Shown: piece by piece, positions 61,482 through 64,000 of the stretch
Position numbering within the stretch: the first letter of the stretch is position 1
Layout of the letters: the number at the start of each line of letters is the position of its first letter
NCBI GenBank assembly: GCA_963851365.1
Contig: CAWKPA010000001.1
Location: 167,013 to 231,012 of the forward strand
Length of the DNA stretch: 64,000 bases
DNA from: an uncultured delta proteobacterium
Lineage (GTDB): Bacteria > Desulfobacterota > Binatia > DP-6
Direction: 5' to 3'
Translations under genes and position numbers: made by a program
Notes under the pieces: model-generated
What the model was told of the DNA's origin: nothing
Database searches by the model: none
Seen by the model: the letters and a program-made list of their open reading frames with translations, nothing else

Positions 61482-62811
61482 GCCCCGCAAGCGCCGGCAC
61501 TTCGCGCTCGACTCGCTGCAGGTCCTGAGCGGTCAGGGCGCCATGATGGCGCTCGGCTTCGTGAACGGCGTCATCACGGCGCGCTGGCTCGGTCCGACCG
61601 CGCGCGGGCAGTTCCAGCTCCTCACGCTCCTGCCGATCCTGCTCTCGAACTTCGTCAAGCTCGGCATCCCGCAGGCGAGCGTCTACTACATGCGCCGCCG
61701 GGGGGCCTCCGCGTCGGACGTCGCCTCCAACTCGATCTGGATCGGACTCGTGATGGGATGCGCCGCGATCGTGGCGAGCTGGTGGGGCCGCGAGTGGCTG
61801 CTGACCCGCTTCCTGAAAGCGACCCCTCCGGAGCTGCTGCTGCCGTCACTTGCGCTGATCCCCTTCGTGCTCCTGCAGTTCTACCTGCTCGGCATCGCGC
61901 AGGCGCAGGAGCGCTTCCGCGAGTACAACATCCGCCAGGTGGTGCCGAACCTGCTCAGCCTGGTCGGCCTCGCCATCACCCTGATCCTGCTGCGCATGGG
62001 CCTGGTCGGCGCCGTCCTCGTGCAGGTGGTCATTCAGGTGTTCATGACGCTCTGGATGATCTGGCGCGTCCACCGCGAGGCGCGGTTGCACCTGCGCTGG
62101 AACCGCGAACTCGCCCGCGGCATGCTCGGCTTCGGCAGCAAGTCCTACGTCCAGACGCTGGCGGCGACGCTGCACCTCCGGATCGACCAGTTCATCTGCG
62201 CGTGGTTCCTGGCCCCGGCCGACGTCGGGCTCTACGCCATCGCAGTCAACTTCGCCACGCTGCTGATGAAGATTCCCGAGGCCACGGGCACGGTGATGTT
62301 CCCGCGACTGGCCGGCTCAGAGGACCGGCAGGCGCACGCCGCGACCACCCGCGTCTGCCGGTCGACGCTCTTCATCCTGCTGCTCGGCGTGCTGACCTTC
62401 GCCGTCGCGGGCCCGATCCTGATCCCCCTGGTCTACGGCGACGCGTTCCGGGGTGCCGTGCGACCGCTCCTCATTCTGCTGCCCAGCGTCCTGTTGATGG
62501 CGCTCTATCAACTGCTGACGCGCAACTTCACCAGCCGCGGCAAGCAGCAGGTGAACATCCTCGCAGCCGGCGTCGCGCTCGTACTCAACGTCGGGCTGAA
62601 CGTGGTCCTGATCCCGCGCTTCGGCATCGCCGGCGCCGCGGCCGCCAATGGACTCTCCTACGGCACCGCGGCGCTCACGCTGCTGGTCGCGTTCGTCCGC
62701 GACTCCGGCCATTCCGTGACCGAAACGCTGATCGTCCGGCCGGCCGAGATCGCGGAGATGGCCGGCGCGGCCCGCAAGGTGGCGGATCGGCTCCAGCGCC
62801 GCGGCGCCTGA
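61474..62811 (+). CDS. Oligosaccharide flippase (Wzx/MOP family)
   Basis: TARWLGP..RG, RIDQF, VGLYAIA and NVGLNVVLIPRFGIAGAA. Confidence 0.88.
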   Translation: MAEPRKRRHFALDSLQVLSGQGAMMALGFVNGVITARWLGPTARGQFQLLTLLPILLSNFVKLGIPQASVYYMRRRGASASDVASNSIWIGLVMGCAAIVASWWGREWLLTRFLKATPPELLLPSLALIPFVLLQFYLLGIAQAQERFREYNIRQVVPNLLSLVGLAITLILLRMGLVGAVLVQVVIQVFMTLWMIWRVHREARLHLRWNRELARGMLGFGSKSYVQTLAATLHLRIDQFICAWFLAPADVGLYAIAVNFATLLMKIPEATGTVMFPRLAGSEDRQAHAATTRVCRSTLFILLLGVLTFAVAGPILIPLVYGDAFRGAVRPLLILLPSVLLMALYQLLTRNFTSRGKQQVNILAAGVALVLNVGLNVVLIPRFGIAGAAAANGLSYGTAALTLLVAFVRDSGHSVTETLIVRPAEIAEMAGAARKVADRLQRRGA

Positions 62812-62918
62812 ACGCCGTCATCCGCCGGAGGCTGGCCGACCGCGCGGCTCACCCGCGGCAATGCTCGATCGGTGCTGGCGCGCGCGCGCCGAGTTGCTAT
62901 AAGCAACGGGCACTCGCC

Positions 62919-63113
62919 ATGGACGACCGGGAACGCGCATCATCCTCGAACCAGGAACGCCGGGAAGCCGTCGAGCACCTGCGCACCATCGTCCAGGGCC
63001 TGCGGCGCCATGGCATGCCGCGGTTGCCAGGCGGGCGCCGTCTCGGCAGCAGCCGCTTCGGGGCCGGTTGGGGCGCCGCATCTGGCCACCTGTTGCGCCC
63101 CGTCAAGGCCTGA
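62919..63113 (+). CDS. Small hypothetical protein (64 aa)
   Basis: Fills the gap before pgm, downstream of a TGCTATAA -10-like element; no known motif. Confidence 0.4.
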   Translation: MDDRERASSSNQERREAVEHLRTIVQGLRRHGMPRLPGGRRLGSSRFGAGWGAASGHLLRPVKA

Positions 63114-63131
63114 ACCACGAGGGCGACGGCC

Positions 63132-64000
63132 ATGCGTGTGCACGCCCGCGCCGGCAAGCCGGCCGATCCCGCCGAGCTGGTCAACGTGCCGCGACTCGTG
63201 ACCGCCTACTACACCCGCCGTCCCGATCCGTCCGTGTCGACCCAGCGTGTCGCCTTCGGCACCTCGGGCCACCGCGGGTCGTCCTTCGACGCCGCCTTCA
63301 ACGACGCGCATATCCTCGCCACCACCGAGGCCATCTGCCGCCACCGGGCGAAGGAGGGGATCGACGGCCCGCTCTTCGTCGGCATCGACACCCACGCGTT
63401 GTCGGAGCCGGCCTTCGCGAGCGCGCTGGAAGTGCTCGCCGCGCATGGCGTCGACGTCATGATCGACGCCGGCGACGGCTACACGCCCACGCCGGTGGTG
63501 TCGCACGCCATCCTCACCTGGAACCGTGGCCGCACGCGGGGGCTGGCGGACGGCATCGTGATCACACCGTCGCACAACCCGCCCGCGGACGGGGGCTTCA
63601 AGTACGATCCCCCGCACGCCGGCCCGGCCGATGCCGCGGTCACGCAGTGGATCCAGGACGAGGCCAACGGGTTGCTCGCCAACAACCTCGAGGGCGTGCG
63701 CCAGATTCCCTTCGAGCGCGCCCGCCGCGCCGCCACCACGCACCGGCACGACTACCTGAACGCCTATGTCGCCGATCTCGCCGCGGTGCTGAACCTCGAC
63801 GCCGTCCGGGACGCCGGCATCCACATCGGCGTGGACCCGCTCGGGGGCGCCAGCGTTGCGTACTGGGATGCCATCGCGTCGCGCTACGGGCTTCGCCTCG
63901 AGGTCACGAACCGCGCCGTCGACCCCACGTTCCGCTTCATGACCTGCGACTGGGACGGCAAGATCCGCATGGACCCGTCGTCGCCGTGGGCCATGGCGAC
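63132..64000 (+). CDS. pgm: Phosphoglucomutase (alpha-D-glucose-1,6-bisphosphate-dependent), truncated by the window end
   Basis: VAFGTSGHRGSS, ITPSHNPP, GFKY and DWDGKIRMDPSSP. Confidence 0.95.
   Translation, partial: MRVHARAGKPADPAELVNVPRLVTAYYTRRPDPSVSTQRVAFGTSGHRGSSFDAAFNDAHILATTEAICRHRAKEGIDGPLFVGIDTHALSEPAFASALEVLAAHGVDVMIDAGDGYTPTPVVSHAILTWNRGRTRGLADGIVITPSHNPPADGGFKYDPPHAGPADAAVTQWIQDEANGLLANNLEGVRQIPFERARRAATTHRHDYLNAYVADLAAVLNLDAVRDAGIHIGVDPLGGASVAYWDAIASRYGLRLEVTNRAVDPTFRFMTCDWDGKIRMDPSSPWAMA

Overview
Very GC-rich bacterial chromosomal window with about 60 densely packed genes. No CRISPR array, prophage or transposase is visible. The gene mix (hpnR, tRNA-Sec, myxobacterial-type Cys repeats, cyclase-ATPase) suggests a Deltaproteobacteria-related lineage such as Ca. 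Binatia; this is inference only. Several single-base indels, mostly in short G/C runs, look like read or assembly errors. Highlights: (1) an unannotated secreted HMA/MerP-like selenoprotein (GMT-U-PSG-C, in-frame TGA plus a SECIS-like hairpin) heading a persulfide dioxygenase-rhodanese/TauE unit, with tRNA-Sec in the same window; (2) an RRE/PqqD protein carrying its own YxxPxL lasso-leader-like tail, clustered with an HPrK-like kinase, two nucleotidyltransferases, four glycosyltransferases and a sulfotransferase, but no lasso cyclase or peptidase; (3) a coupled three-gene unit of a SUOX/pterin-binding-like cytochrome c, an atypical GTP cyclohydrolase II and a SIS-creatininase fusion, possibly a new GTP-derived cofactor pathway; (4) a bacterial Tam41-like protein head-to-head with a CDP-alcohol phosphatidyltransferase; (5) an MscS-DEP fusion, hpnR, an MtnK-like kinase paired with a nucleoside hydrolase, and a DntB/DntD-like aromatic catabolic operon. 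All protein calls come from motif recognition by eye; no searches were run.
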